Source: Gemmatimonadota bacterium (GTDB lineage: Bacteria > Gemmatimonadota > Gemmatimonadetes > JACCXV01 > JAHWKZ01). From it: a DNA stretch of 64,000 nt. Shown here piece by piece: positions 26,817-35,765 of the stretch. How positions within the stretch are numbered: the stretch's first letter is position 1; each line of letters opens with the position of its first letter. A program made the translations under genes and the position numbers. The notes beneath the pieces were generated by a model that ran no database searches, was not told where the DNA came from, and was given only the letters and a program-made list of their open reading frames with translations. The DNA is taken from assembly GCA_050732875.1 (NCBI GenBank), contig JBOHRQ010000006.1:5666-69665 (forward strand), given 5' to 3'.

Positions 26817-29591
26817 TCATGACCCCACCGGGTTTCCGCGAAGCCGCTCACGCCAGCGGTAGAGCCAGTCCAACGCCTCGCGGGGGCTCAGCGAGTCGAG
26901 CTCGAGCGAGGCAAACTCCTCCACAAAGGGGTGCGGGCCCGGTTCCGCGAACAGCGTCATCTGATCCTGCGACCGCCGCGCCGGCTCCGGGGCCAGCGGG
27001 CCTGGAGCCAGCGAAGGCACGTGCTCCGAGCTCCACTCCCCCTCCTCGAGGTTGGCGAGGACCTCCTGAGCCCGGCCTATCACCCGGTCCGGCAGCCCCG
27101 CCAGCCGCCCGACGTGGATCCCGTAGCTCCGATCCGAAGGACCGGGGCTGACCCGCTTCACGAACACGATCTCCTCACCGTGCTCCGCGACTTCGACCTT
27201 GTAGTTCTTCACCCGAGGCAGGATCGACTCCAGCTCCGTAAGCTCATGATAGTGCGTCGCGAACACGGTCAGCGGATGCGCCGGCCCCTCGTGCAGCCAC
27301 TCGCTCACCGCCCATGCGATCGCGAGGCCGTCGAACGTCGAGGTCCCGCGGCCGATCTCGTCCAGCAACACAAGCGAGCGGTCAGTTGCGTTGTGGAGGA
27401 TGTTCGCTGTCTCAATCATCTCGACGAGGAACGTGGACTGGCCGCGGGCCAGGTTGTCGGAGGCGCCTACGCGGGTGAACAGTCGATCAACGATTCCGAG
27501 ATGAGTCTTCCCGGCGGGCACCCACGAGCCCATCTGACCGAGAACGGCGATGAGGCCGATCTGCCGGAGATATGTCGATTTCCCGCTCATGTTGGGACCG
27601 GTGAGGATGACGATCTGTGTATCCTCGGAGTCGAGCCGGGTGTCATTGGGGACGAATGACTCGCCCTCGAGCCACCGCTCGACAACGGGATGGCGGCCGC
27701 CTTCGATCAACACACCGACCTGGTCCAACATCCTGGGCCGGCTCCAGCCGTTCCGCGCGGCGACGTCTGCCAGCGAAGCCAGCACGTCCACCTCGGCCAG
27801 GGCGTCTGCGGTCGATTGGAGCCGGGCGGCGTGCTCCCCGACCCGCGACCGCACCAGACCGAACAGCTCGGCCTCGCGAGCGGCGATCCGCTCCTCGGCC
27901 CCCAGGATCTCGCTCTCCACTTCCTTGAGCTCGGGGGTCACGTAGCGCTCGCCGGTCGAGATGGTCTGCTTGCGGATCCAGGTCTCGGGGACCTTGGCGA
28001 GGTGGGTCTTCGTGACCTCGAGGTAGTAACCGAACACCTTGTTGAAGCCGACCTTGAGCGATGCGATGCCGGTCCGCTTGCGCTCGGTCGCCTGTAGCTG
28101 CGCGATCCAGTCCTTGCCGTCCCGGCGGGCGCTCCGGTAGCGGTCGAGCTCGGGATCGTGGCCTTCGCGGATGACGGGGCCTTCGCCCAACGTGGCCGGC
28201 GGCTCGTCGACGATGGCCTCGTCGATCAAGGCGACGACCTCGGGATGGCCGACGAGGGCCGACGCCAGCACGGCCCAGCGGTCGCCCGGCACGCCCTCGG
28301 CTCCGTCGAGAACCCCGCGCCCCAATCCTTCGATGATCCCACGCACGACCGGCACCGCACGCAGCGTGTCCCCCAAAGCGACCAGGTCCCGCGGCACCGC
28401 CCGGCCCGACGCCGCGCGGCCGGCCAGCCGCTCCAGGTCATGCACCCCGTCAAGTGCGCCAAAAAGCTTCTCGCGCGCGACCCCGTCCTCGACCAGCGCC
28501 TCGATCGCCAGCTGCCGCTCGACGATGCGGGCCCGATCGGTAAGCGGCCGCGCTACCCACTGGCGGATCCTCCGAGCCCCCGGCGCAGTCCGCGTCCGGT
28601 CGATCACACCGAGCAATGTCGCGGCCTTTCCGCCGTCACGCAGTGGCTCCAGGATCTCGAGATTGGCGAGCGTGGCGTCGTCGATCGCCATGTGCTCGGC
28701 GCCGACCAGCGGCCGGGGTGGTCGGAGACCGGCGATGGCCCCCGGCTGGACCTCCTCGACGTACTGGACGATCGCGCCGCCGGCGCCGATCCCGATCGCG
28801 AAGTCGCGGAGCCCGAACCCGTCCAGGCCGGAGACTCCGAAGCGGCGGCAGAGGTCGGCCCGGGCGTTCTCGATCTCGAACCTCCAGCCATCGCGGAAGG
28901 AGACAGGAAGGTCGGGTCGCCATTCCTTGACAGGGTCGAGCGCGCGCGGGGCGGCGATCAGATCGGCCGCGACGCCCACGTCCGGGCCGGCGACATCTCC
29001 CCGCCACTCGCGAGGGACCAGGAGCTCGGCGGGCGAAAGACGCTTGATCTCGGCCACCACCTGGTCGGCGGCGGGCTCGGCGACGCCGAACTCGCCGGTC
29101 GAGCAGTCGATCCAGGCGAGGCCAATCCGGTCGGTGTCCTGGCGCCCGCCGCCGCCCCCGCCGCTGCGAGCCGCCCCCCGCAGAGCCGTCACCGCCACGA
29201 GCCACGTGTTCCGCTCGCGATCCAGCATCGCCTCGTCGAGTGGAGTCCCCGGAGTCACGACCTCGATCACGCCGCGCTCGACGATCCCCTTGGCCTGGGA
29301 CGGGTCCTCGAGCTGCTCGCAGATCGCGACCTTGAAGCCCTTCTCGACCAGCTTCCGGACGTAGCCGTCGGCGGCCTTGATGGGGACGCCGGCCAGCGGC
29401 ACCTCGGCCGCCGCGCCGTTATTGCGCGAGGTCAGGGTGAGCCCCAGGACGCGCGCGGCCGTGACCGCGTCGTCGTAGAACATCTCGTAGAAGTCGCCCA
29501 TCCGGAAGAAGAGGATCGCGTCCCGGTGCTGCGCCTTGATCCCCGAGTACTGGCGCATGAGCGGGGTACCTGATCGGGTTCTGGGGCTCAT
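26817..29591 (-). CDS. mutS: DNA mismatch repair protein MutS
   Basis: MSPRTRSGTPLMRQYSGIKAQH..., Walker A GPNMSGKST; ~925 aa. Confidence 0.95.
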   Translation of the reverse strand: MSPRTRSGTPLMRQYSGIKAQHRDAILFFRMGDFYEMFYDDAVTAARVLGLTLTSRNNGAAAEVPLAGVPIKAADGYVRKLVEKGFKVAICEQLEDPSQAKGIVERGVIEVVTPGTPLDEAMLDRERNTWLVAVTALRGAARSGGGGGGRQDTDRIGLAWIDCSTGEFGVAEPAADQVVAEIKRLSPAELLVPREWRGDVAGPDVGVAADLIAAPRALDPVKEWRPDLPVSFRDGWRFEIENARADLCRRFGVSGLDGFGLRDFAIGIGAGGAIVQYVEEVQPGAIAGLRPPRPLVGAEHMAIDDATLANLEILEPLRDGGKAATLLGVIDRTRTAPGARRIRQWVARPLTDRARIVERQLAIEALVEDGVAREKLFGALDGVHDLERLAGRAASGRAVPRDLVALGDTLRAVPVVRGIIEGLGRGVLDGAEGVPGDRWAVLASALVGHPEVVALIDEAIVDEPPATLGEGPVIREGHDPELDRYRSARRDGKDWIAQLQATERKRTGIASLKVGFNKVFGYYLEVTKTHLAKVPETWIRKQTISTGERYVTPELKEVESEILGAEERIAAREAELFGLVRSRVGEHAARLQSTADALAEVDVLASLADVAARNGWSRPRMLDQVGVLIEGGRHPVVERWLEGESFVPNDTRLDSEDTQIVILTGPNMSGKSTYLRQIGLIAVLGQMGSWVPAGKTHLGIVDRLFTRVGASDNLARGQSTFLVEMIETANILHNATDRSLVLLDEIGRGTSTFDGLAIAWAVSEWLHEGPAHPLTVFATHYHELTELESILPRVKNYKVEVAEHGEEIVFVKRVSPGPSDRSYGIHVGRLAGLPDRVIGRAQEVLANLEEGEWSSEHVPSLAPGPLAPEPARRSQDQMTLFAEPGPHPFVEEFASLELDSLSPREALDWLYRWRERLRGNPVGS

Positions 29592-29683
29592 CCGACTCCA
29601 GACAAGGTCTGAAACGCGTTCGCTGACCGGTTCGTAGAATCCATCATTCCTCTCTGACACCCGCCAGCCATGGGAGCGAACAC

Positions 29684-30499
29684 GTGATCGTCCTGCCAAT
29701 CGTCCTGACCAGCACGCTGATCCTGGGCCCCGAAACGACCACGGCGACCGCGCCCGACACGCTGATCGACGTCGGCGGGTACGCGCTCCACTTCGAGGTC
29801 CGGGAAGGCATGCGCCCCGTCTCGATCGCCCTCGAGGCCGGAGGCGGATCCAACGCCTCGTCGTGGGCGACCGTCCCCGACTCGCTCGCCCGGCAGACCG
29901 GCGCGACCGTCGTGACCTACGATCGGGCGGGCCTGGGCGGGAGCGATCTGGGACCGCCCGACCTCACTCCGGAGGACGAGGTCCGGGACCTGCACGAGGC
30001 CCTCGACAAACTCGGGACCCCTCCTCGGACGATCCTCGTGGCCACCTCTTACGGCGGGATGCTGGCCCTCCTCCACGCCGCGCTCTATCCCGATTACGTC
30101 GTCGGGCTCGTCCTCGTGGATCCCATGAACCCGATCTTCGTCCAGGAGACGGGCGACTTCGTTCAGTCGACCGTTCCCGACATCGCCGAGCCCGGGAACG
30201 ACCGCGAGCGGGTCGTCGTCCGGATGAAGCGGACCTTCGACGACCTGACGGCCCGAACCGCGGAGATCGAGCCGGGCCTGGCGCTCCCGATGATCGTCCT
30301 CACGGCAGGCGATCCCTGGTGGGGCGATGCGGAGATCGACCGCGCGTGGCGCCGAAGCCACGAGGTCATCGTCGGCCGCTCGTCCGACCGGGAGCTCGTG
30401 GTCGCCGAGGGCTCCGACCACGACGTGCCGGAGGAGCGGCCCGACCTGATCGTGGCCGCGGTGAAACGGCTCCTGACCAGGGTCGACGGGAGCGAGTAG
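29684..30499 (+). CDS. Alpha/beta hydrolase
   Basis: GTG start; ATSYGGMLAL (GxSxG-like); ~270 aa. Confidence 0.75.
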   Translation: MIVLPIVLTSTLILGPETTTATAPDTLIDVGGYALHFEVREGMRPVSIALEAGGGSNASSWATVPDSLARQTGATVVTYDRAGLGGSDLGPPDLTPEDEVRDLHEALDKLGTPPRTILVATSYGGMLALLHAALYPDYVVGLVLVDPMNPIFVQETGDFVQSTVPDIAEPGNDRERVVVRMKRTFDDLTARTAEIEPGLALPMIVLTAGDPWWGDAEIDRAWRRSHEVIVGRSSDRELVVAEGSDHDVPEERPDLIVAAVKRLLTRVDGSE

Positions 30500-30711
30500 G
30501 GCGGCTTTCCGGGTCTTCGGGGTCACCGGCGATCCTCGCGCGCGGAAGCGGTCGGCGGCTCTGGGATGGGAGTGTCGTGAGAGCGCGCGTCGCTGGACCC
30601 GAAGGTACCGGGACCCGGGCGCCGTCGCCAACGGCGTGACCGGCCCTCCGGAGCTGCGGCCCACTCCCTTCGCGACGGCCCGGGTTCCACGGGGCCGGCT
30701 TCACGTTTAAG

Positions 30712-31830
30712 TTGGCGCCCGGGATGAGTTGGCGGCGAGTCGGCCTGTGTGTTGGCGGTGTGTGGGCTCTCCTGGATCTGGCGACCGGGAATCCCCGGCC
30801 CGCCATGGCGAAGCCCTGCCAAGCAGACGGCGACCCGGGACCGCTGGCCGAGCGGATCGATGCCCATCTCGAGGACTCGGTGAACCGCGGGTTCTCCGGG
30901 GCCGTCCTCGTCGAGCAGCAGGGAGAGATCCTTCTCTGCCAGGGGTACGGCTGGACCGATTCGACCCGCCTTCACCCGATCACGCCCCGGACCCTCTTTT
31001 TCATCGCCTCGATCACGAAGCAGTTCACCGCCGCCGGGATTCTCCTTCTGGAGGAGGATGGCACCATCGGGCTGTCCGACTCTCTGGGCCGGTTCTTCCC
31101 GACGCTCACCGGGTCGGCCTCCCGGGTCACTCTCCACCAGCTCCTCACCCATTCGGCCGGGCTCACCCAGAACTACATGATGGACGGGATCGTCGAGCGG
31201 GACTCGGCCGTGGCCGCGGTCTTCCGCGACTTCCCGGAAGATCCGGTCCACGACTTCAACTACACGAACGACGCCTACGGCGTCCTGGCGGCGGTGATCG
31301 AGGTCGTATCCGGCGAGCCCTACGAATCGTTTGTCAGGCGGCGCCTGCTTGAACCCTCCGGCATGGGCGGGACCACGTTCTGGGGCCAGGCTGACGACCT
31401 CGACGCCACCCGCTTCGCGCAGAAAGCGAGCGAGCGTCCGGAAGAGATGCGGTCTCCCAACTGGGGCTACCGCGGAGCCGCGGGGATCTGGTCGACCCTT
31501 GAGGACCTTTACAGCTGGTACCGGACGGCCTGGCGTGGACCGCTGCTCTCCGAGGAGAGCCGGCGTAGGATGTTCCAGGCGCACGTCCATCTTCCGAGCG
31601 GGACCGGCATCGGGTACGGCTCGTTCACCTCACCCGCCCCTCGCGGGACGGTCGAACTCTGGGCTCGGGGCACTGAGGATTTCGGCCACAACGCCGTGAT
31701 CCGGTGGTTCCCCGAGGAGGGGACCCTCGTCATCCTCGTCTCGAACGCGGGCGAGATCGACGGCACGCCGGCGAATCAGCAGATCGGCAACGAGATCGTG
31801 GACATCCTCTTCGAGCAGGATCGCCGCTAG
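30712..31830 (+). CDS. Serine hydrolase (beta-lactamase/transpeptidase family, class C-like)
   Basis: SITKQFTA (SxxK), YTNDAYGVLA (YxN-like); N-terminal signal/TM. Confidence 0.85.
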   Translation: MAPGMSWRRVGLCVGGVWALLDLATGNPRPAMAKPCQADGDPGPLAERIDAHLEDSVNRGFSGAVLVEQQGEILLCQGYGWTDSTRLHPITPRTLFFIASITKQFTAAGILLLEEDGTIGLSDSLGRFFPTLTGSASRVTLHQLLTHSAGLTQNYMMDGIVERDSAVAAVFRDFPEDPVHDFNYTNDAYGVLAAVIEVVSGEPYESFVRRRLLEPSGMGGTTFWGQADDLDATRFAQKASERPEEMRSPNWGYRGAAGIWSTLEDLYSWYRTAWRGPLLSEESRRRMFQAHVHLPSGTGIGYGSFTSPAPRGTVELWARGTEDFGHNAVIRWFPEEGTLVILVSNAGEIDGTPANQQIGNEIVDILFEQDRR

Positions 31831-31921
31831 GAGTCCGCACCCAGTCCCTGCCCGGGCGTGGTATAATGGTGATCGGGTCCCCGTCCAAAACACGCAACCC
31901 TCCGAGGGCCAGGAGGATCGG

Positions 31922-32449
31922 ATGCGCTCGAAGACCGGTGCAGGCGTGGTGGCCGGGCTGCTCGCCGGCCTCGTGTACGGAATCGTGATGCAGATGGTAA
32001 CGGTGCCGGCGTCGTCGGGGGCCGGGATGCCGATGGGCGAAGGCGGCATGCCGATGTCGGGAGGCGGCCGGATGCCCATGATGGCAATGGTCGCCCAGGT
32101 GGTCCGGTCGGACAGCCTCGTCGTCGGCTGGGTCCTTCTCCTGGTCATGGGCATGGTGATGGGCGCGATCTTCGCGTGGGTGCTGGGCGACCGGGCGGCC
32201 AGGATCGGCGGCGGACTAACCTGGGGGGTGCTCTACGGCATCTTCTGGTGGCTACTCGGCACGCTCATCCTGATGCCGATCCTCCTCGGCATGTCGGCGT
32301 TCGCGCCGCTCACCATGGCATCGATGCGCCCCGGAGCGCTGTGGAGTCTGGCGGCCTATCTCCTCTGCGGACTGATCCTGGGCGCGGTCTTCGCCGGTCT
32401 GTACAGAGGGGAATCCGCGCCCCCGGAACCGGTCCCGCGGACCGTCTAG
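31922..32449 (+). CDS. Hypothetical membrane protein (Met/Gly-rich loop)
   Basis: Four TM helices; located 9 nt upstream of the zinc-ribbon ORF. Confidence 0.6.
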   Translation: MRSKTGAGVVAGLLAGLVYGIVMQMVTVPASSGAGMPMGEGGMPMSGGGRMPMMAMVAQVVRSDSLVVGWVLLLVMGMVMGAIFAWVLGDRAARIGGGLTWGVLYGIFWWLLGTLILMPILLGMSAFAPLTMASMRPGALWSLAAYLLCGLILGAVFAGLYRGESAPPEPVPRTV

Positions 32450-32458
32450 CAAATTCTC

Positions 32459-32677
32459 ATGCCTCCGAAAATGACCACCGAAGAGATCTGGTCCGCGTTT
32501 CTGACCGGTCCGCTGCTCGGGAAAGTCATCAAAACCCGACGCCGACTCTTCCTGATGTTTCCAGCATCACACCGCTGCAAGAACTGCAATGCCCCCTTCG
32601 ATAATCCTGCCGCCTGGCTCATGCCCCTGATCGGTCACGGACGGTACAGGAAGAATCCGCGCTTCTGCAGTTTTTGA
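32459..32677 (+). CDS. Zinc-ribbon (double-zinc-ribbon-like) ORF ending on an in-frame TGA at the expected fourth Cys position
   Basis: HRCKNCNAPFDNP...NPRFCSF followed by TGA: CxxC...CxxX, where X is the TGA; the next codon is an ATG in the same frame. Confidence 0.5.
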   Translation: MPPKMTTEEIWSAFLTGPLLGKVIKTRRRLFLMFPASHRCKNCNAPFDNPAAWLMPLIGHGRYRKNPRFCSF

Positions 32678-33253
32678 ATGGCGTTCGCCAATCGGTACCC
32701 GGGCGGTACCGAGATCGAAATCTCCATGCTCTTCGTCGACGTGCGTGGTTCGACCCACCTGGCGGAGGAGATGACTCCGGCGAGCTTCAGTCAGTTGATG
32801 AACCGGTTCTACCAGGCGGCGACCGACGTCCTCATCAGGACCGATGCCGTGATCGACAAGCTGGTCGGTGACGAGGTGATCGGCCTCTACCTTCCTCTCT
32901 TCACGGGACCCAACCACGCGCGCCCCGCGGTCCTGGCCGCGCAGGAACTGCTGCTGGCGACCGGGCACGGCGAGGAGGGGGGGCCCTGGCTTCCCATCGG
33001 CATCGGCGTGCACACGGGCGTGGCGTTCGTCGGCACGGTCGGCGGCGCGGAGGATACGGTCAGCGATATCACCGCGCTGGGCGACAACGTCAACGTGACC
33101 GCGCGTCTGGCGTCCGTGGCCGCGCCGGGCGAGGCCTTGATCAGCGAGGCATCCTACGCGGCCGGCGGCGTGGACCTCGGAGAGCTGGAGTCGCGCCGGC
33201 TCGAACTGAAGGGTCGAAGCGAGCCGATCTCGGCGCGAGTTCTCCAGGTCTGA
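32678..33253 (+). CDS. Adenylate/guanylate cyclase catalytic domain protein (in frame with the upstream zinc-ribbon ORF)
   Basis: EIEISMLFVDVRGSTHLAE...VGDEVIGLY...GDNVNVTARL (class III cyclase domain). Confidence 0.8.
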   Translation: MAFANRYPGGTEIEISMLFVDVRGSTHLAEEMTPASFSQLMNRFYQAATDVLIRTDAVIDKLVGDEVIGLYLPLFTGPNHARPAVLAAQELLLATGHGEEGGPWLPIGIGVHTGVAFVGTVGGAEDTVSDITALGDNVNVTARLASVAAPGEALISEASYAAGGVDLGELESRRLELKGRSEPISARVLQV

Positions 33254-33305
33254 ATTCCGCTGTCACCAAGGTACTCCCAGTCTACCTCCGCAGACGCCAT
33301 CCTCC

Positions 33306-33884
33306 TCATTGTCTGCCGTCCCCGTGCCCCCCGGATTCGCCGAGCAGCTCCTCGAGGACCAGGCGGGTCTTGGGAAGGAGCTGCGTCTCGTCGAAATACC
33401 GGGTGACGATCTTCAGCGCCTCCTCTGCCGTCGAGATGTTGAGGTAGCGCAGCAGGTAGCGCACATCGTCCAGGTCGCGGAACTCTTCCCCCAAACGCAT
33501 CGAGGCGCACTTCATCGCCAGCAGATAGCCGGGCCGAGCGACGAACACCTGGAGATGGGGGAGCTCCAGGAAGCGATCGAAATCGCCGCGCGGACTGAGG
33601 TAGCCCTTGACCGCGTCGTTCAGCCAGGAGTCTGGCACGCCCGCTCTGGCCGCGACGCGCACGGCCGCTTCACGGATGAGCCGGGTGGGCTTGAACAGGG
33701 CGTCGACGTCCCGGGTTGCGTCGCGAGCGTCGAGCGCGATGCACATGACGGCACCGCCCACGAGGTAGAGCTCGCCTTCGACATCCTGCGTGGCGAGCTC
33801 GGCATCGAGCAGCTCGAACAGGCGATGGATGTCGTCCTTTGTGAGCCTGGTCAAGTGGATCGCCCGATCAAACGCGATCGCCAA
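33306..33884 (-). CDS. Nucleotidyltransferase-fold protein (AbiEii/DUF1814-like motif)
   Basis: LYLVGGAVMCIALDARDATRDVDALF (GG.A...R.T.DxD). Confidence 0.7.
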   Translation of the reverse strand: MAIAFDRAIHLTRLTKDDIHRLFELLDAELATQDVEGELYLVGGAVMCIALDARDATRDVDALFKPTRLIREAAVRVAARAGVPDSWLNDAVKGYLSPRGDFDRFLELPHLQVFVARPGYLLAMKCASMRLGEEFRDLDDVRYLLRYLNISTAEEALKIVTRYFDETQLLPKTRLVLEELLGESGGHGDGRQ

Positions 33885-34359
33885 CGGTCGAATCGACGAA
33901 GATGTTGCGGCGCTTGAACGCGACTGGAGACTCCCGCAGGAGGTGGGGCCTCAGGCTGCTGAACGGTACGGCGAAATGCGGCTCCTCGAGCGGCTCCACG
34001 TCACCCGCCCATGGCGGTGGAACCTCTCCCTTCTGACACGCAGCGTGCTCGACCATGGCGGCTACGTAGTTCCGCAAGAAGGGAGACATGCCATTTAGAT
34101 CGACATCGGCGACGGCATCCCCAAACTCTGCAGACGTCAGTCCGGACAGAAAATCGTTCAGTTCGGCGAGCGCGAAGCGGTGGTCACCCCCGTCGCGCAG
34201 CGCATGAAGGATCTCGTTTAACCGGGGCCGAGCCGTCGGCAGCACCCGTGAGAGCACATAGCTCGACACGTCCGTCCCGGCACGACGGGCCAGGCGCTTG
34301 AGGGCGGCCTTCTGGGCCGGCGTGACGCGGATCTGAAGCTGCTGGGACTTGGCCATCAC
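33868..34359 (-). CDS. RHH (CopG/Arc-like) domain protein with C-terminal extension, upstream partner of the NTase
   Basis: MMAKSQQLQIRVTPAQKAALKRLARRAGTDVSSYVLSRVL (ribbon-helix-helix), then a ~110 aa extra domain; overlaps the NTase gene by 17 nt. Confidence 0.6.
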   Translation of the reverse strand: MMAKSQQLQIRVTPAQKAALKRLARRAGTDVSSYVLSRVLPTARPRLNEILHALRDGGDHRFALAELNDFLSGLTSAEFGDAVADVDLNGMSPFLRNYVAAMVEHAACQKGEVPPPWAGDVEPLEEPHFAVPFSSLRPHLLRESPVAFKRRNIFVDSTVGDRV

Positions 34360-34458
34360 ACCGGGAGGATATCGAACGAGGTTCTGCCTGTCAATACAAA
34401 TGTATTGACACAGTAACCCACGCTGGCTTGAAGACCCAGCCTTGCGCTGGCGAGTACG

Positions 34459-35760
34459 CTACTCCGTCACGATCTGCGCCAGCCACTTCAATATCGCGTC
34501 CGGATACCCCTCCACCGTCCGCGGCCAGACGTCCTCCGGGCGGCGGATGCGGAAGGTATGGTCGGCGCCTTCGAAGACGTGCGTCTCGACAGGCGCCCGA
34601 TCGCCGATCGCCCGGACGATGGCCTCCCGGCTGGCCTCGGCCGGCACGCGCTCGTCCTCCGCGCCATAGACGAGGAGGACGGGCATCCGTATCCGTCCCC
34701 ACCAGGAAAGCGGATCGAAGTCCGCGATCCGTCGCGAGAACGACCAGTAGAAGTCCTCGGGACCGGGCGGCTCGAAGTACCAGTCGTGCCCCTCGGCCCG
34801 GGCGGCCGCCTCGACGAGCTCCTCCCGCGGGGCGCCACGGTACGCCACGTCGACGATCGCGTCGACGTAGGCCTTGGCGATCGCCGCCTCGTCGGGCGGG
34901 AGCGACGAGACGCCGATCGCGTTCCCGATGCTGTAGACCTCGACGTCCGCCATGGGGAGTCCGGAGGCCGCCGAGCCGATCACGAAGTCGGCCTCCGACC
35001 GGACGGCCGCGAGAGGCGCGATCGTGCCGCCCTGGCTGTGGCCGTGGATCCCGACCCGCTCGGGGTCGATCTCGGGTCGGGAGCGCAGGAAAGCGACCGC
35101 CGCCGCGACGTCCTGAGCCTGGTCCTCGAAGCTCGCCGCCTGCCAGTCTCCGCCCGAATCGCCGACCCCGCGCTTGTCCCAGATGAGGGCGGCGAACCCC
35201 TCGTTCGCGAGGCGTCGGGCGAGGAAACGGGAAGGCCAGCGCGCCTCGGGCCCCGAGCCGTGCAGAAAGACGACGACCGGGAAGGGGCCGGTGTCGGACG
35301 GGAGGATGAGCGTGCCGGCCAGCTCGACGTCCCCGTTCCGAAAGCGGACCTCTTCCTCGCGGAGCGCGGGCCGCGTCTCGGCACTGCGGGCGAAGGCGAA
35401 CGATCCGCGAGGCCCGTTCTCGAGCATGGTCCCGCTCAGCGAATCCCCGAGGACCCGGCCCTCGAACTCGGTCGTCGTGGCGTCGCCGACCAGCCGCAGG
35501 CGAACGACCGGCGGATCGAAGACGACCTCCGTGAACGGGATCCCCTCGAGCCGCAACCGATCGGAGTCGAACGCGCCCTTCCAGGCGCCGTCCACGTTCT
35601 CGAACCGCATCCTGACGTCGAGGGTATCCGCATCGCGGATCCAGATTCCGATCCAGGACCCCGCCAGATCCTGTGCCGGAAGAATGGCCGGCACTCCGGC
35701 GAGAAGGGTGAGGCATAGCGCCACCTGCGCCCCCGCGCGAGCAACGCCGACGGCTCGCAT
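34459..35760 (-). CDS. Secreted alpha/beta hydrolase (dienelactone hydrolase / S9 peptidase-like)
   Basis: Signal peptide; VVFLHGSGPEA, GIHGHSQGGTIAP (GxSxG). Confidence 0.8.
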   Translation of the reverse strand: MRAVGVARAGAQVALCLTLLAGVPAILPAQDLAGSWIGIWIRDADTLDVRMRFENVDGAWKGAFDSDRLRLEGIPFTEVVFDPPVVRLRLVGDATTTEFEGRVLGDSLSGTMLENGPRGSFAFARSAETRPALREEEVRFRNGDVELAGTLILPSDTGPFPVVVFLHGSGPEARWPSRFLARRLANEGFAALIWDKRGVGDSGGDWQAASFEDQAQDVAAAVAFLRSRPEIDPERVGIHGHSQGGTIAPLAAVRSEADFVIGSAASGLPMADVEVYSIGNAIGVSSLPPDEAAIAKAYVDAIVDVAYRGAPREELVEAAARAEGHDWYFEPPGPEDFYWSFSRRIADFDPLSWWGRIRMPVLLVYGAEDERVPAEASREAIVRAIGDRAPVETHVFEGADHTFRIRRPEDVWPRTVEGYPDAILKWLAQIVTE

Positions 35761-35765
35761 CGCGC

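Noticed and set aside
29588-30664. 358-aa minus-strand ORF overlapping the alpha/beta hydrolase gene.
   Set aside because: Antisense artefact; the plus strand has a hydrolase-like sequence.
32692-32712. Perfect hairpin containing two KpnI-like GGTACC half-sites around CCCGGG.
   Set aside because: Considered as a SECIS element; the apical loop (CGGGC) lacks the features of E. coli-type SECIS and the hairpin lies within codons for RYPGGTE. It is reported only as context for the TGA finding, not as an independent element.
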